64,000 nucleotides of DNA, from IMG/VR virus record IMGVR_UViG_3300043094_000104, one strand, 5' to 3'. The notes below the pieces were generated by a model. It was not told the origin of the DNA, searched no databases, and worked only from the letters and a program-made list of their open reading frames with translations. The DNA is from an uncultured virus (IMG/VR IMGVR_UViG_3300043094_000104). Its lineage: Duplodnaviria; Heunggongvirae; Uroviricota; Caudoviricetes. Of this stretch, positions 1-9,086 are shown in pieces. Within the stretch, counting starts at the first letter, position 1, and each line of letters opens with the position of its first letter. The position numbers and the translations under genes were made by a program.

Positions 1-122
1 AAATTCCTATTATTATTAACCTCCTATAATAATAATGAAATGGTAATTAAATAATCTACCTCTACGTGGTATTACTAGAAGATTCTTTTTAATAAGAATA
101 CTAAAAGATTATTAATATATAT

Positions 123-198
123 TCTTCAATAGCTCAGTCGGTAGAGCCACGCACTGTTAATGCGTTTGTCGTTGGTTCGAGTCCAACTTGGAGAGCCA
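123..198 (+). tRNA. tRNA-Asn(GTT)
   Basis: Acceptor TCTTCAA/TTGGAGA, anticodon arm ACGCA-CTGTTAA-TGCGT, T-loop GTTCGAGTC, encoded CCA. Confidence 0.95.
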
Positions 199-201
199 AA
201 C

Positions 202-288
202 GCTGGTATGATGGAATAGGCAGACATAGCGGACTTAAAATCCGCTGATAGCAATATCGTATCGGTTCAAGTCCGATTACCAGCACCA
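202..288 (+). tRNA. tRNA-Leu(TAA)
   Basis: Acceptor GCTGGTA/TACCAGC, anticodon arm GCGGA-CTTAAAA-TCCGC, long variable arm, GTTCAAGTC, CCA. Confidence 0.95.
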
Positions 289-319
289 TTTATTTTAATT
301 ATAAAGAAAGGTAATTAAA

Positions 320-1024
320 ATGAATAAAAAATATAATGCAGAAGATTGGAAAGATCGTATTATTGAAGCCATTGATAAAACTGATTCTATGACACAAGCT
401 TATCAATATTTAGGCTTAGAAAGAAAAACTTTTATAAAAATGGCTAAAGAATTAAATCTTTATAAACCAAATCAAGGATTAAAAGGAGTTACTAAAAATA
501 TAAAATATAAGAAAAAAGATTTAAAAGATATTTTAGTAAAAAACTCTAATTATGAAAGTCATAAATTAAAATTAAGACTAATTGAGGAAGGCATTAAAGA
601 AAATAAATGTGAAAAATGTGGTCTTACTAAATGGATGAATGTTGATTTATCTTTACAATTACATCATATTGATGGAGATCATCATAATAATGAATTAGAT
701 AATTTACAAATTTTGTGTCCAAATTGTCATTCTATAACTGATAACTATACTTCTAAAAATAAAAAAGTTAATTCTTATAATATTAATAAAATACCAACTT
801 CAGAAAGTGGTTTTTTAGGAGTAATGAGAGGAAAACAAAAAGGTAAATATATTTATAGAGCAGTTATTACTGATCCTAATACTAAATTACCTATTCAATT
901 AGGGTATACTTTTAATTTAGATAGTGAAGAAGATAAAATTCGTCTAGCAAAATTGTATGATAAAAAAGCAATTGAATTATATGGTGATGATATATCTACT
1001 AATAAAAAATTAGGCTTATACTAA
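320..1024 (+). CDS. Free-standing HNH endonuclease with C-terminal AP2-like DNA-binding domain
   Basis: CEKC...LQLHHIDGDHHNNELDNLQILCPNCH; C-terminal SGFLGV...YRAVI...LGY...YDKKAIELYG. Confidence 0.85.
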   Translation: MNKKYNAEDWKDRIIEAIDKTDSMTQAYQYLGLERKTFIKMAKELNLYKPNQGLKGVTKNIKYKKKDLKDILVKNSNYESHKLKLRLIEEGIKENKCEKCGLTKWMNVDLSLQLHHIDGDHHNNELDNLQILCPNCHSITDNYTSKNKKVNSYNINKIPTSESGFLGVMRGKQKGKYIYRAVITDPNTKLPIQLGYTFNLDSEEDKIRLAKLYDKKAIELYGDDISTNKKLGLY

Positions 1025-1029
1025 TATAT

Positions 1030-1086
1030 GGATAAGCATATTTTATATATGAAAAAATGTAGGTGTAAATCCTACCTTATCTACCA
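1030..1086 (+). pseudogene. Truncated tRNA-like element lacking D-arm
   Basis: GGATAAG/CTTATCT acceptor + ACCA, T-arm GTAGG-TGTAAAT-CCTAC; only about 22 AT-rich nt between acceptor and T-arm. Confidence 0.6.
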
Positions 1087-1215
1087 AGCTTTTTAATATA
1101 TATTTAATTATATATTAAAAAGTATAGCTGAAGTTTGTAAATAGCAGTAATAACATCCTTTTTATGGCAATGCCAAAAAGCTAAGATTGTCGTGAAGATA
1201 AGCTTAGCTTTTATA

Positions 1216-1260
1216 TGAAGGCTATGGGTGTAGTCCGTTCGACTCGGAAAGCCTTCAACC
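1216..1260 (+). ncRNA. tRNA-like minihelix (acceptor-like stem plus T-arm)
   Basis: TGAAGGCT/AGCCTTCA stem enclosing TCCG-TTCGACT-CGGA. Confidence 0.45.
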
Positions 1261-1774
1261 TCCGATTTTTTTTATTCTTTGAGTGCGATATGGGAATAAT
1301 CCTCCGTTCCTAACAACGACCTTTCTGCGGTGATTTATGTGGATATGATAAGTTCGGATTTGTAAAGTGTGTTAAACGAATAAAAATTTTTGATTTTTCT
1401 CCTTTTTAGGGGATTTATTATCGGAAAATAAATCCCCTAACTTTTTAAACAGATATGTTTTAAATTAGTTAATAGCTAATTTAATTCTCCAATATTTTCT
1501 AAAATAAAAAATTAGTAAGCGATGTGTAACCATAGTAGTTTTTTCATTGTTGGACCTCCAGATATGTATATGAATGTATAAGGGAATTTATAATATTATT
1601 ATTATTATAATTTTTTTTTTTTGTCTAAAGGTAGTTTTGCTAATTTTCTACCTTTAGAAATTTTTATTGCTTAAGTAATTTAATGATACTAAGCTATCAT
1701 AATAATGGTAGCAACGTATAGGGAAGTTATCACTAAGGATAACGTACTATTCATTGTGGGTTATGAATAGACAA

Positions 1775-1853
1775 GGCGGTGTAATCCAATTGGTTGAGAT
1801 AGATTAAAATTTACTAGAGTCTTTATGTTGGTTCAAGTCCAGCCACCGCCCCA
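1775..1853 (+). tRNA. tRNA-like gene with aberrant 12-nt anticodon loop (identity undetermined)
   Basis: GGCGGTG/CACCGCC acceptor, D-loop AATTGGTT, T-arm GTTGG-TTCAAGT-CCAGC; anticodon arm AGATT-AAAATTTACTAG-AGTCT. Confidence 0.7.
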
Positions 1854-1859
1854 AATTAA

Positions 1860-1935
1860 TGTCGGATCGGCAAGTGGTAAGCCAGCAGGTTTTGATCCTG
1901 CCATTCCGTAGGTTCGAATCCTACTCCGACAACCA
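1860..1935 (+). tRNA. tRNA-Gln(TTG)
   Basis: TGTCGGA/TCCGACA acceptor, GCAGG-TTTTGAT-CCTGC, GTTCGAATC, CCA. Confidence 0.95.
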
Positions 1936-1961
1936 AATTATTTCATAGAAAGGATTTTAAA

Positions 1962-3065
1962 ATGAGTAAAAAACTTACCAACGAAGAATATCAAACTCGT
2001 CTTAATGAAATCTATGAAGAAAACGAATATATAGTCTTAGAGGAATATAAATCCTCTAAGACAAAAATTTTTCATCTTCATACTAAATGTAATAAAAAAT
2101 TTAAATCAACACCATATAATCTATTAATTAATAAATGTACCTGTCCAAATTGTAATAATATTAAAAAACATAATAAAAGTAATACAGAAGAGTTTAAACA
2201 AAAAGTATATAATTTATATAATAATGAATATACTGTTTTAGGTGATTATATTAATAATAAAACTAAAATTAAAATGCTTCATAATAAATGTAATACCGAA
2301 TTTGAAATAGCTCCTAATAATTTTTTATTAGGACGAAAATGTCCTAAGTGCTCTAAAAGATTAAGAAAAAATACTGAAATAGTTAAAAAAGAAATATATG
2401 ATTTATATAATGATGAATATACTTTATTAAGTGAATATATCAATGATAAAACTAAAATTAAAATTAAGCATAATAAATGTAATAATGATTTTGAAGTTAA
2501 ACCAAGTTATTTTTTAAAAGAAAATGGTACAAGATGTCCTTATTGTTTTGGATCTAAAAAGAAAACTACTGAAGAATATAAGAAAGAAGTATATAACAAA
2601 GTAAAAGATGAATATACTGTATTAGGAGAATATATTAATACAAATACTAAAATATTACATAGACATAATAAATGTAATAAAGAATATTTAGTATCTCCTA
2701 ATAAATTTTTAAATTATAATCGAAGGTGTCCTTATTGTAAATCTTCTAAAGGTGAAGAGAAAATAAGAGAATGGTTATTAGAAAATAATATTGTATTTGA
2801 AGAACAATATTCATTTTCAGATTGTAAGAATATTAATCCTCTTAAATTTGATTTTAAAATTAATATAAATAATTCATTTATATTATTAGAATATGATGGT
2901 ATACAACATTTTGAAAATACATTTTATACTGATGATTTTGAAAAACAGAAAATAAGAGATAATATTAAAAATCAATATTGCGAAAATAATGATTATAAAT
3001 TAATACGTATTTCTTATAAAGATTATAATAATATAGTTTCTATATTAAATAAATTAATAAAATAA
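1962..3065 (+). CDS. Putative homing endonuclease: 4 zinc-binding repeats + Vsr/EDxHD-like nuclease
   Basis: HxKC...CPxC repeats; SKGE...FDF...EYDGIQH nuclease motifs. Confidence 0.8.
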   Translation: MSKKLTNEEYQTRLNEIYEENEYIVLEEYKSSKTKIFHLHTKCNKKFKSTPYNLLINKCTCPNCNNIKKHNKSNTEEFKQKVYNLYNNEYTVLGDYINNKTKIKMLHNKCNTEFEIAPNNFLLGRKCPKCSKRLRKNTEIVKKEIYDLYNDEYTLLSEYINDKTKIKIKHNKCNNDFEVKPSYFLKENGTRCPYCFGSKKKTTEEYKKEVYNKVKDEYTVLGEYINTNTKILHRHNKCNKEYLVSPNKFLNYNRRCPYCKSSKGEEKIREWLLENNIVFEEQYSFSDCKNINPLKFDFKININNSFILLEYDGIQHFENTFYTDDFEKQKIRDNIKNQYCENNDYKLIRISYKDYNNIVSILNKLIK

Positions 3066-3074
3066 TAAAATAAA

Positions 3075-3102
3075 TTCCAATAGAGATTAATCTCTATTGG
3101 AA
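3075..3102. terminator. Bidirectional terminator-like hairpin between convergent genes
   Basis: Perfect palindrome TTCCAATAGAGATTAATCTCTATTGGAA. Confidence 0.7.
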
Positions 3103-3116
3103 AATTTTTAATTATT

Positions 3117-3596
3117 TTACTTAGCTTTCTTTCTAAGCTCACTCATGATTCTCTTTCTGTCATTAGGCTTTAATCTTTCATATAACTGTAATAATTCCAT
3201 TGTATCGGCTTCAAAAGTTCTTGCACCTGGTAAAAAGCTATTCTTTCTATATAATACACCATTTGTAGAACCATAAGTACCCTTAAGTAAACCACCCTTA
3301 ATAGTATTACCCTTATCTAAATAATATTTAGTAGCAGCAATTCTATCTGGTGAGTCACCTACACCTATATTAGCTTTAATATCACCAACGAAATCTCCAC
3401 CACCAATCATTGGAAAAGGATTAGCCTGAATTTCCATTTCATTTAAAGCATCATAATAACCTTCTAAATAAGCATCATCATAATCATCTTCAAAGTCTAC
3501 ACCATCATCATCATAATCATAAATGTCTAAGTCTTCTTCAGATTCTGATAAAGCATCATAATAACCTTCTAAATAAGCATCATCTAAATAACTCAT
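3117..3596 (-). CDS. Putative internal head protein with acidic N-terminal tag
   Basis: Two copies of AYLEGYYDAL(S/N)E in a D/Y-rich N-terminus. Confidence 0.55.
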   Translation of the reverse strand: MSYLDDAYLEGYYDALSESEEDLDIYDYDDDGVDFEDDYDDAYLEGYYDALNEMEIQANPFPMIGGGDFVGDIKANIGVGDSPDRIAATKYYLDKGNTIKGGLLKGTYGSTNGVLYRKNSFLPGARTFEADTMELLQLYERLKPNDRKRIMSELRKKAK

Positions 3597-3650
3597 AGAT
3601 AAATAACCTTCTTTCTTTTAAAAATATAATATTTAGTTTTTATTTTTAAG

Positions 3651-3660
3651 TATATATTAT
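3651..3660 (+). promoter_or_regulatory. Putative phage early promoter TATATATTAT
   Basis: Same 10-mer intergenic and gene-oriented at 7445, 12915, 43308, 52801, 53453, 55589, 56364 (+) and 31710, 33228, 42796 (-). Confidence 0.6.
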
Positions 3661-3768
3661 TACGGTGTATTATTGAAAAGATAATTAAAAGAGAGGTGAA
3701 AATTCATATCTTTTTAAATAATACAATAAAAAATTATTTATTATTTATTTAAATGGAGGAATTTATTT

Positions 3769-4932
3769 ATGAAATTTTCAGAAGTTAAAGAGATGGTTCT
3801 TAATGTTACTTTGGCTGGTTATGTACCTTTTATTCGTGGTCTTCATGGTATTGGAAAGTCTGAAATGATTGAGTTAATTGCTAATCAAATTTCTGATATT
3901 AAAGGAAAAGATGTAACACTTCATACAGTTGATATGTCACATATTAAAGAAGGTGAATTGACTGGTATGCCAATTACTGGAAAAGATCCTGAAACAGGTT
4001 GTCTTATTAATAGTTACACTACTTATAATCTATTCAATGATGTAATTAGAGAAAGTAATGAAGGATTAATTCCTATTATTTTCTTTGATGAAGTTAATAG
4101 AGCTGATAGAGTAGTATTTAATGAATTAATGCCAATCATCTTGAATAAGAGAGTACAGGAAATCTATCTTCCAGATGAAACTATCATTATTACTGCAGGA
4201 AACCCAGAAGATGTTAGTAAGTATAAAGGTGCTACTGATGATTATTCAGTACTTCCTATGGACCCAGCTCTTAAAGACAGATTCTTTATCTTTGAATTAG
4301 ATGTTGATCCAATTGAATGGCTTAATTGGGCGAATGATACTAATGAAGATAATGAGAAAAATATTGACACTGATGTCATTGAATTTATTACAGAATACCC
4401 AAATATGCTTCATTTCTTAAGTGAAGCAGAAATTAATCCAACTCCTAGAGCGTGGAAAATGTTTTCAGATGTTTATACAAGAATTAAAAATAATGGAAAG
4501 GATTTTAATGATTATAAAGAATCAATCTTTATTTTAGGTGGTTCTAAAATTGGAAGTGATACTACTATTAATTTTGTAAGATTCCTTTCAGAAAACAATA
4601 ATCCAATTTTAAAGGCTAAAGACTTCTTCGGTGTAAATGATGAAACTTTTGATCGTAATATTAAAAAGCTTGTTGCTGATACACCTACAAGACAGTATAT
4701 GTCAATGAAGTATTCAACTGAATATTACATCGAAAAACTTGAAGCACTTAAGACAAAGAAAAAGGAAAAAGAAAATCTTGTAGACACTTATATGAAAATT
4801 CTATGGTCCATGCCAAAAGATATTCTTATTGGAACTCTTAAGGAATTAATGACAAATAATAAAAAGGCTTTGAATGAAATTACAAAAAGAGATCCTAAGA
4901 AGATTATTGAAGTACAGAAATATCTTGTTTAA
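3769..4932 (+). CDS. MoxR-like AAA+ ATPase
   Basis: Walker A GLHGIGKS, Walker B IIFFDEVNRA, AGNP, MDPALKDRF, TPRAW. Confidence 0.9.
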   Translation: MKFSEVKEMVLNVTLAGYVPFIRGLHGIGKSEMIELIANQISDIKGKDVTLHTVDMSHIKEGELTGMPITGKDPETGCLINSYTTYNLFNDVIRESNEGLIPIIFFDEVNRADRVVFNELMPIILNKRVQEIYLPDETIIITAGNPEDVSKYKGATDDYSVLPMDPALKDRFFIFELDVDPIEWLNWANDTNEDNEKNIDTDVIEFITEYPNMLHFLSEAEINPTPRAWKMFSDVYTRIKNNGKDFNDYKESIFILGGSKIGSDTTINFVRFLSENNNPILKAKDFFGVNDETFDRNIKKLVADTPTRQYMSMKYSTEYYIEKLEALKTKKKEKENLVDTYMKILWSMPKDILIGTLKELMTNNKKALNEITKRDPKKIIEVQKYLV

Positions 4933-4959
4933 TTTAATTTTAATTAAAAACTAAAAATA

Positions 4960-4990
4960 AATGTAATGCTATATTAAATAGCATTACATT
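4960..4990 (+). terminator. Intrinsic terminator-like hairpin
   Basis: AATGTAATGCTAT/ATAGCATTACATT followed by T-run. Confidence 0.6.
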
Positions 4991-5015
4991 TTTTATTTTA
5001 AAGGAGAAGAATAAT

Positions 5016-6386
5016 ATGGAAGAAAATAAAAAATATACAGTAAAAGAACTTAATGAAAAAGTATATAATCACGTTTCAAAATATAAAGAAATAGTGGATA
5101 AAAATACTGAAATAAACCCAAATAATTATTATTCATTAATTGGTTCTTTTAATCGTCATCATACAAAAATTGAAGGCTATATGGAAACTTTTGAAGATAG
5201 ACTTAAACGTCTTAAAGAGACTAAGATTGATTTTAATTATTATGAAGAACAACTTCATAATTATAAAAAATTTTTTGAAAAATTAAATGAAGATAATATA
5301 CAACCAACAGATGAAGAAATATATGGTTATATAGTTTGGTTCTTTCTTTCAATTTATCCAATAGACAATGATATACAAAAAATTAAAATAAATGGAAAAA
5401 CTGTTAAAAATTATATAAATGGAAGTATAGATTATATACAATATAAAAATATACCAAAAGATAAATATCAAACTCCTGAAGTTAAAAAAATTATAGATGA
5501 TTTTTTAGATAGTTTAAAGACAATGATTAAAGATGGTACTCCAGAAGAATTATTTCTTATATTTAATTTTGATTTAGACGAAAGAAAAAATAGATATATT
5601 GAAGGAAGATATTATCCAACAAAATATGACATTAATTTTAAAAAAAGTTCTATATTTAATGATGAAATTGCAATTTATATATTCAAGTATTTAAAAGAAA
5701 ATATTAATTTATTTTCAGATGAAATAGTTATAAAATATCTTTTCTATACTGAAAAAGAAGCGTTTTTTCTAAAAGAATGTTATGGTTATTTTATTTTTGA
5801 TGTTGACGAAAATGAAACTTCAACAATTCATAGAGATTTATATTTAACAAGACCAGACTTTGTTAATTACGAATTTATAATTGGCTTATTGAAAAGAGAT
5901 ATTAATAAAAGTATTTTAAAAAATTATAATTTTTATATTTCTGATAGATTGGGCACAATAGAAAAACGTTATAAATATTTTATTGAAAATATTTATATTT
6001 GGTATCCGTTATTTATGTATGACAGATTTTATAAAGAAAAAACAATGTTTTCTCTTTATGATAAAGAAAGGACTGATAAATTAGAAAAAGAAATAAATAA
6101 ACTTTTTATAAAAACGTATAGAGTTTGTTTAAGACATAAAAAGACTATGAAAAGAATATTAAATTATAGAATAAATTACGCTACTAAAATTGAATTTGTT
6201 AAGGAAAAAACATATTATCCTGAAACAGATTGGTTGTTTTCTAATAAATCTATAAAAAATAGATATTTAATGCTTTTGTTAATAGTAAAAAAAATTATGA
6301 TAAAACAATCAGATAAAGGAATAGATGTTTGTAAGAAATATGGAATAACTCAAAATAACTTTACAAATATTTTATTTGATTTATAA
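5016..6386 (+). CDS. Hypothetical protein (C-terminal YGITQNNFTNILFDL motif)
   Basis: 456-aa ORF, SD AAGGAG. Confidence 0.8.
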   Translation: MEENKKYTVKELNEKVYNHVSKYKEIVDKNTEINPNNYYSLIGSFNRHHTKIEGYMETFEDRLKRLKETKIDFNYYEEQLHNYKKFFEKLNEDNIQPTDEEIYGYIVWFFLSIYPIDNDIQKIKINGKTVKNYINGSIDYIQYKNIPKDKYQTPEVKKIIDDFLDSLKTMIKDGTPEELFLIFNFDLDERKNRYIEGRYYPTKYDINFKKSSIFNDEIAIYIFKYLKENINLFSDEIVIKYLFYTEKEAFFLKECYGYFIFDVDENETSTIHRDLYLTRPDFVNYEFIIGLLKRDINKSILKNYNFYISDRLGTIEKRYKYFIENIYIWYPLFMYDRFYKEKTMFSLYDKERTDKLEKEINKLFIKTYRVCLRHKKTMKRILNYRINYATKIEFVKEKTYYPETDWLFSNKSIKNRYLMLLLIVKKIMIKQSDKGIDVCKKYGITQNNFTNILFDL

Positions 6387-6460
6387 TTTAAATTATAATT
6401 TGGGTGATGGATATATTAATATATCCATCATCTAATATTTTTTATAAAGGAGTATAAAGT

Positions 6461-7435
6461 ATGTTAAAAGATTATATTGAAATGGTGACAAAAAGCCAGT
6501 CAGATAGAAAATTAGGAGAAAATATTAAATTTATTTTTACTAATATTAAAGATAAAAGAGAATATGAACTCAATATTTTCTCTTTTACAAAAAATAATGA
6601 AATATTTCGTGATTATATAATTTCAAAATTATTATCATTTTGTAATACTAAAATAAGACCGTATGAATATATTGAGCTATTAGATATGTTTATTAATTTT
6701 CTTAATAATAATCGTGAAAATTATTATAAAAAACCTTATACTGATTTACCATTACTTCAACAGGAAATGCTTACTGAAAAGGAATTATATAATATTCTAT
6801 TAACTCAAAAAATTTATTATGATTTATCAACTATTTTAAACCATGATTTAACATTAGAACAACAAAAAGAAAAAATTCTTTTTGACTTAGAAGCTATAGA
6901 TGAAAAAGATCTTTATGATAATATTGATTTGTATGATCCAGAAATTGTTAATGATTTATTTTGTATTTTTAATAGCTATGAGATGGATATTCCATATAAT
7001 AGTATAAATAGAATTATTAAAAAAAATAATGATATATATAATAATTGTATACCATATATATTTAGTTATATATTACCATCACTTCATATGATAAATAATT
7101 TCATGGGAATATATTTTACTAATGAAGAAGAGTATGAAAATATTACTAAACTTATTCATGAAAAGTTTAAAGAGTTATTAACTGCAGCTAAAGAATTCTA
7201 TATTTATAATTATAAGTATTTAAAGACATGGATTAATAACTTTATTAGAAATCGTCAAAATGATTGCAGCCATGAAATTATATTAAATACATCTAATGTA
7301 TTTAATTATCATAATCTTAATACAATTGTATATAAATATATTGTAAATTGGGTTAAAGATTTGACTGACAAAGATAATAAAGATTATTATGGTATTAGTG
7401 ATAATAATATCACAAATATTTTAATGGAAATATAA
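6461..7435 (+). CDS. Hypothetical protein (C-terminal YGISDNNITNILMEI motif)
   Basis: 324-aa ORF, SD AAGGAG. Confidence 0.8.
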   Translation: MLKDYIEMVTKSQSDRKLGENIKFIFTNIKDKREYELNIFSFTKNNEIFRDYIISKLLSFCNTKIRPYEYIELLDMFINFLNNNRENYYKKPYTDLPLLQQEMLTEKELYNILLTQKIYYDLSTILNHDLTLEQQKEKILFDLEAIDEKDLYDNIDLYDPEIVNDLFCIFNSYEMDIPYNSINRIIKKNNDIYNNCIPYIFSYILPSLHMINNFMGIYFTNEEEYENITKLIHEKFKELLTAAKEFYIYNYKYLKTWINNFIRNRQNDCSHEIILNTSNVFNYHNLNTIVYKYIVNWVKDLTDKDNKDYYGISDNNITNILMEI

Positions 7436-7510
7436 ATTTAAAAATATATATTATATTAGTGGAAGAAAAATCTTCCACTAATATTTTTTATTAAAAAGGA
7501 GTAATGTAAA

Positions 7511-8980
7511 ATGATTAATATCGCAAATAACAAAGAGTTTAATACTTTATTTAAAAAGATTAAACAGTCAATAACAGAAGAAGGAGTTGAATATAGTTCT
7601 TTAGAGAATGATATGATTGAATTGTTTAATAATATGATAGCAGCAATAGAACTTGGAAAAGGTGATGAAGCTTTTGTAGGAATGTTTCTTCCAAAGATTA
7701 ATAGAGTTTATGATTTCTCAGAACCATTTATTGCAGGAATTGCAATAATTAATGAAACTATAACTCTTAAAATTAATCCACTATTATTCTTTAATATGTG
7801 TGATAGTTATGAAGACTTTGTAGTGGTTATTACGCATGAAATTTATCATTTGGTATTTAAGCATCTTAATAAAGAAAGAATGTTACCTAATCATAAGATT
7901 GATAATATATCTAAAGATATTTCTGTAAATCAATATATTAATTTTAGTTATGCTTGTTCTACTTTAAGAGATGGTTGTTGTAAATTAGCAGATATTCAAG
8001 AATTAAATCCTGAACCTAAAAGAGAAAATGAATATTATTATGATTTAATAATTAATTCTAAAAATATCTTTAATGATGGAAATGAAGAAAATAATAATGA
8101 AGATAAAAAGCTTAAAAATATGCTTAATGATTTAAAAGATCTAAAAGATAAATTAAATAATAATGACTTAAGTGAAGAAGAAAAAGAACAAATCGAAAAT
8201 GATATTAAAGAATTAAAAGAAGAAATTAAAGATTATATTAAAGAACATTATAAAATAATGGATATTGATTATTCAAATAATTCTTCTAATTCAGATGAAA
8301 TAATTCTTAATGATTTAGTTGAAAGTACTCTTTCTGAAGCTAAAGAAAAAGGAAAGATTCCATCAAAAATTAAAGATACAATAGATGATCTTTATTATAA
8401 AAAGCCAATTATCAGTTGGAAGAAAGAATTAAGAAATATTGTTGGTAGTGTTCCTTGTCCGTATAAGAAAACCATGAGAGTAAAAAATAGAAGACAACCT
8501 AGAAGAGCTGATCTTCTTGGAAAGGTAAATGATAGAAAGATTAGAATAGCTATTTGTATTGATACATCAGGTTCTGTTTCTAATGAAGAATTAAAATATT
8601 TCTTTAATGAATTATTTAATATTGTTAAAGATTATAATACTGAAATTACTTTAATTCAATGTGATAGTAGAGTTAACTCAGTAGATATTATTACTAATAA
8701 AAGAGATGTAAGCAAAATTGCTATTACTGGTAGAGGAGGAACTTGTTTTACACCTGCTTTTGAATATATTAAAGAAAATATTCCTAAGTATAAACAGCCA
8801 AACGTAATTATATATTTTACTGATGGTTGGGGTGAATCTACTATTAATCTTAAATATAAACCTATGGGAGAAATTATGTGGGTTTTAACGGGAAATACTC
8901 ATAATACATTATCTGTTAAAACTCCTGAATTTATTAAAAAGGTAAGACTTCTTAATATCGAAGGTAAAAAATATATTTAA
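7511..8980 (+). CDS. HExxH metallopeptidase-like + vWA domain protein (DUF2201-like), MoxR partner
   Basis: THEIYH; MIDAS IDTSGS, GRGGT, YFTDG. Confidence 0.85.
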   Translation: MINIANNKEFNTLFKKIKQSITEEGVEYSSLENDMIELFNNMIAAIELGKGDEAFVGMFLPKINRVYDFSEPFIAGIAIINETITLKINPLLFFNMCDSYEDFVVVITHEIYHLVFKHLNKERMLPNHKIDNISKDISVNQYINFSYACSTLRDGCCKLADIQELNPEPKRENEYYYDLIINSKNIFNDGNEENNNEDKKLKNMLNDLKDLKDKLNNNDLSEEEKEQIENDIKELKEEIKDYIKEHYKIMDIDYSNNSSNSDEIILNDLVESTLSEAKEKGKIPSKIKDTIDDLYYKKPIISWKKELRNIVGSVPCPYKKTMRVKNRRQPRRADLLGKVNDRKIRIAICIDTSGSVSNEELKYFFNELFNIVKDYNTEITLIQCDSRVNSVDIITNKRDVSKIAITGRGGTCFTPAFEYIKENIPKYKQPNVIIYFTDGWGESTINLKYKPMGEIMWVLTGNTHNTLSVKTPEFIKKVRLLNIEGKKYI

Positions 8981-9046
8981 ACTAATTATTAATATAAGAC
9001 GAAGTTTAGCAATAGTTGGACTAAGTGTTTTATATTATTGAAAATT

Positions 9047-9082
9047 AAAACAGTATACCAAAATAATTTGGTATACTGTTTT
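9047..9082. terminator. Bidirectional terminator-like hairpin
   Basis: AAAACAGTATACCAAA/TTTGGTATACTGTTTT. Confidence 0.7.
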
Positions 9083-9086
9083 TTTT

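Noticed and set aside
1087..1215. tmRNA or tRNA-trailer (theta) ribozyme
   Set aside because: No tmRNA 5' GGGG...GAC end or tag frame and no HDV-like nested pseudoknot that I could trace by eye
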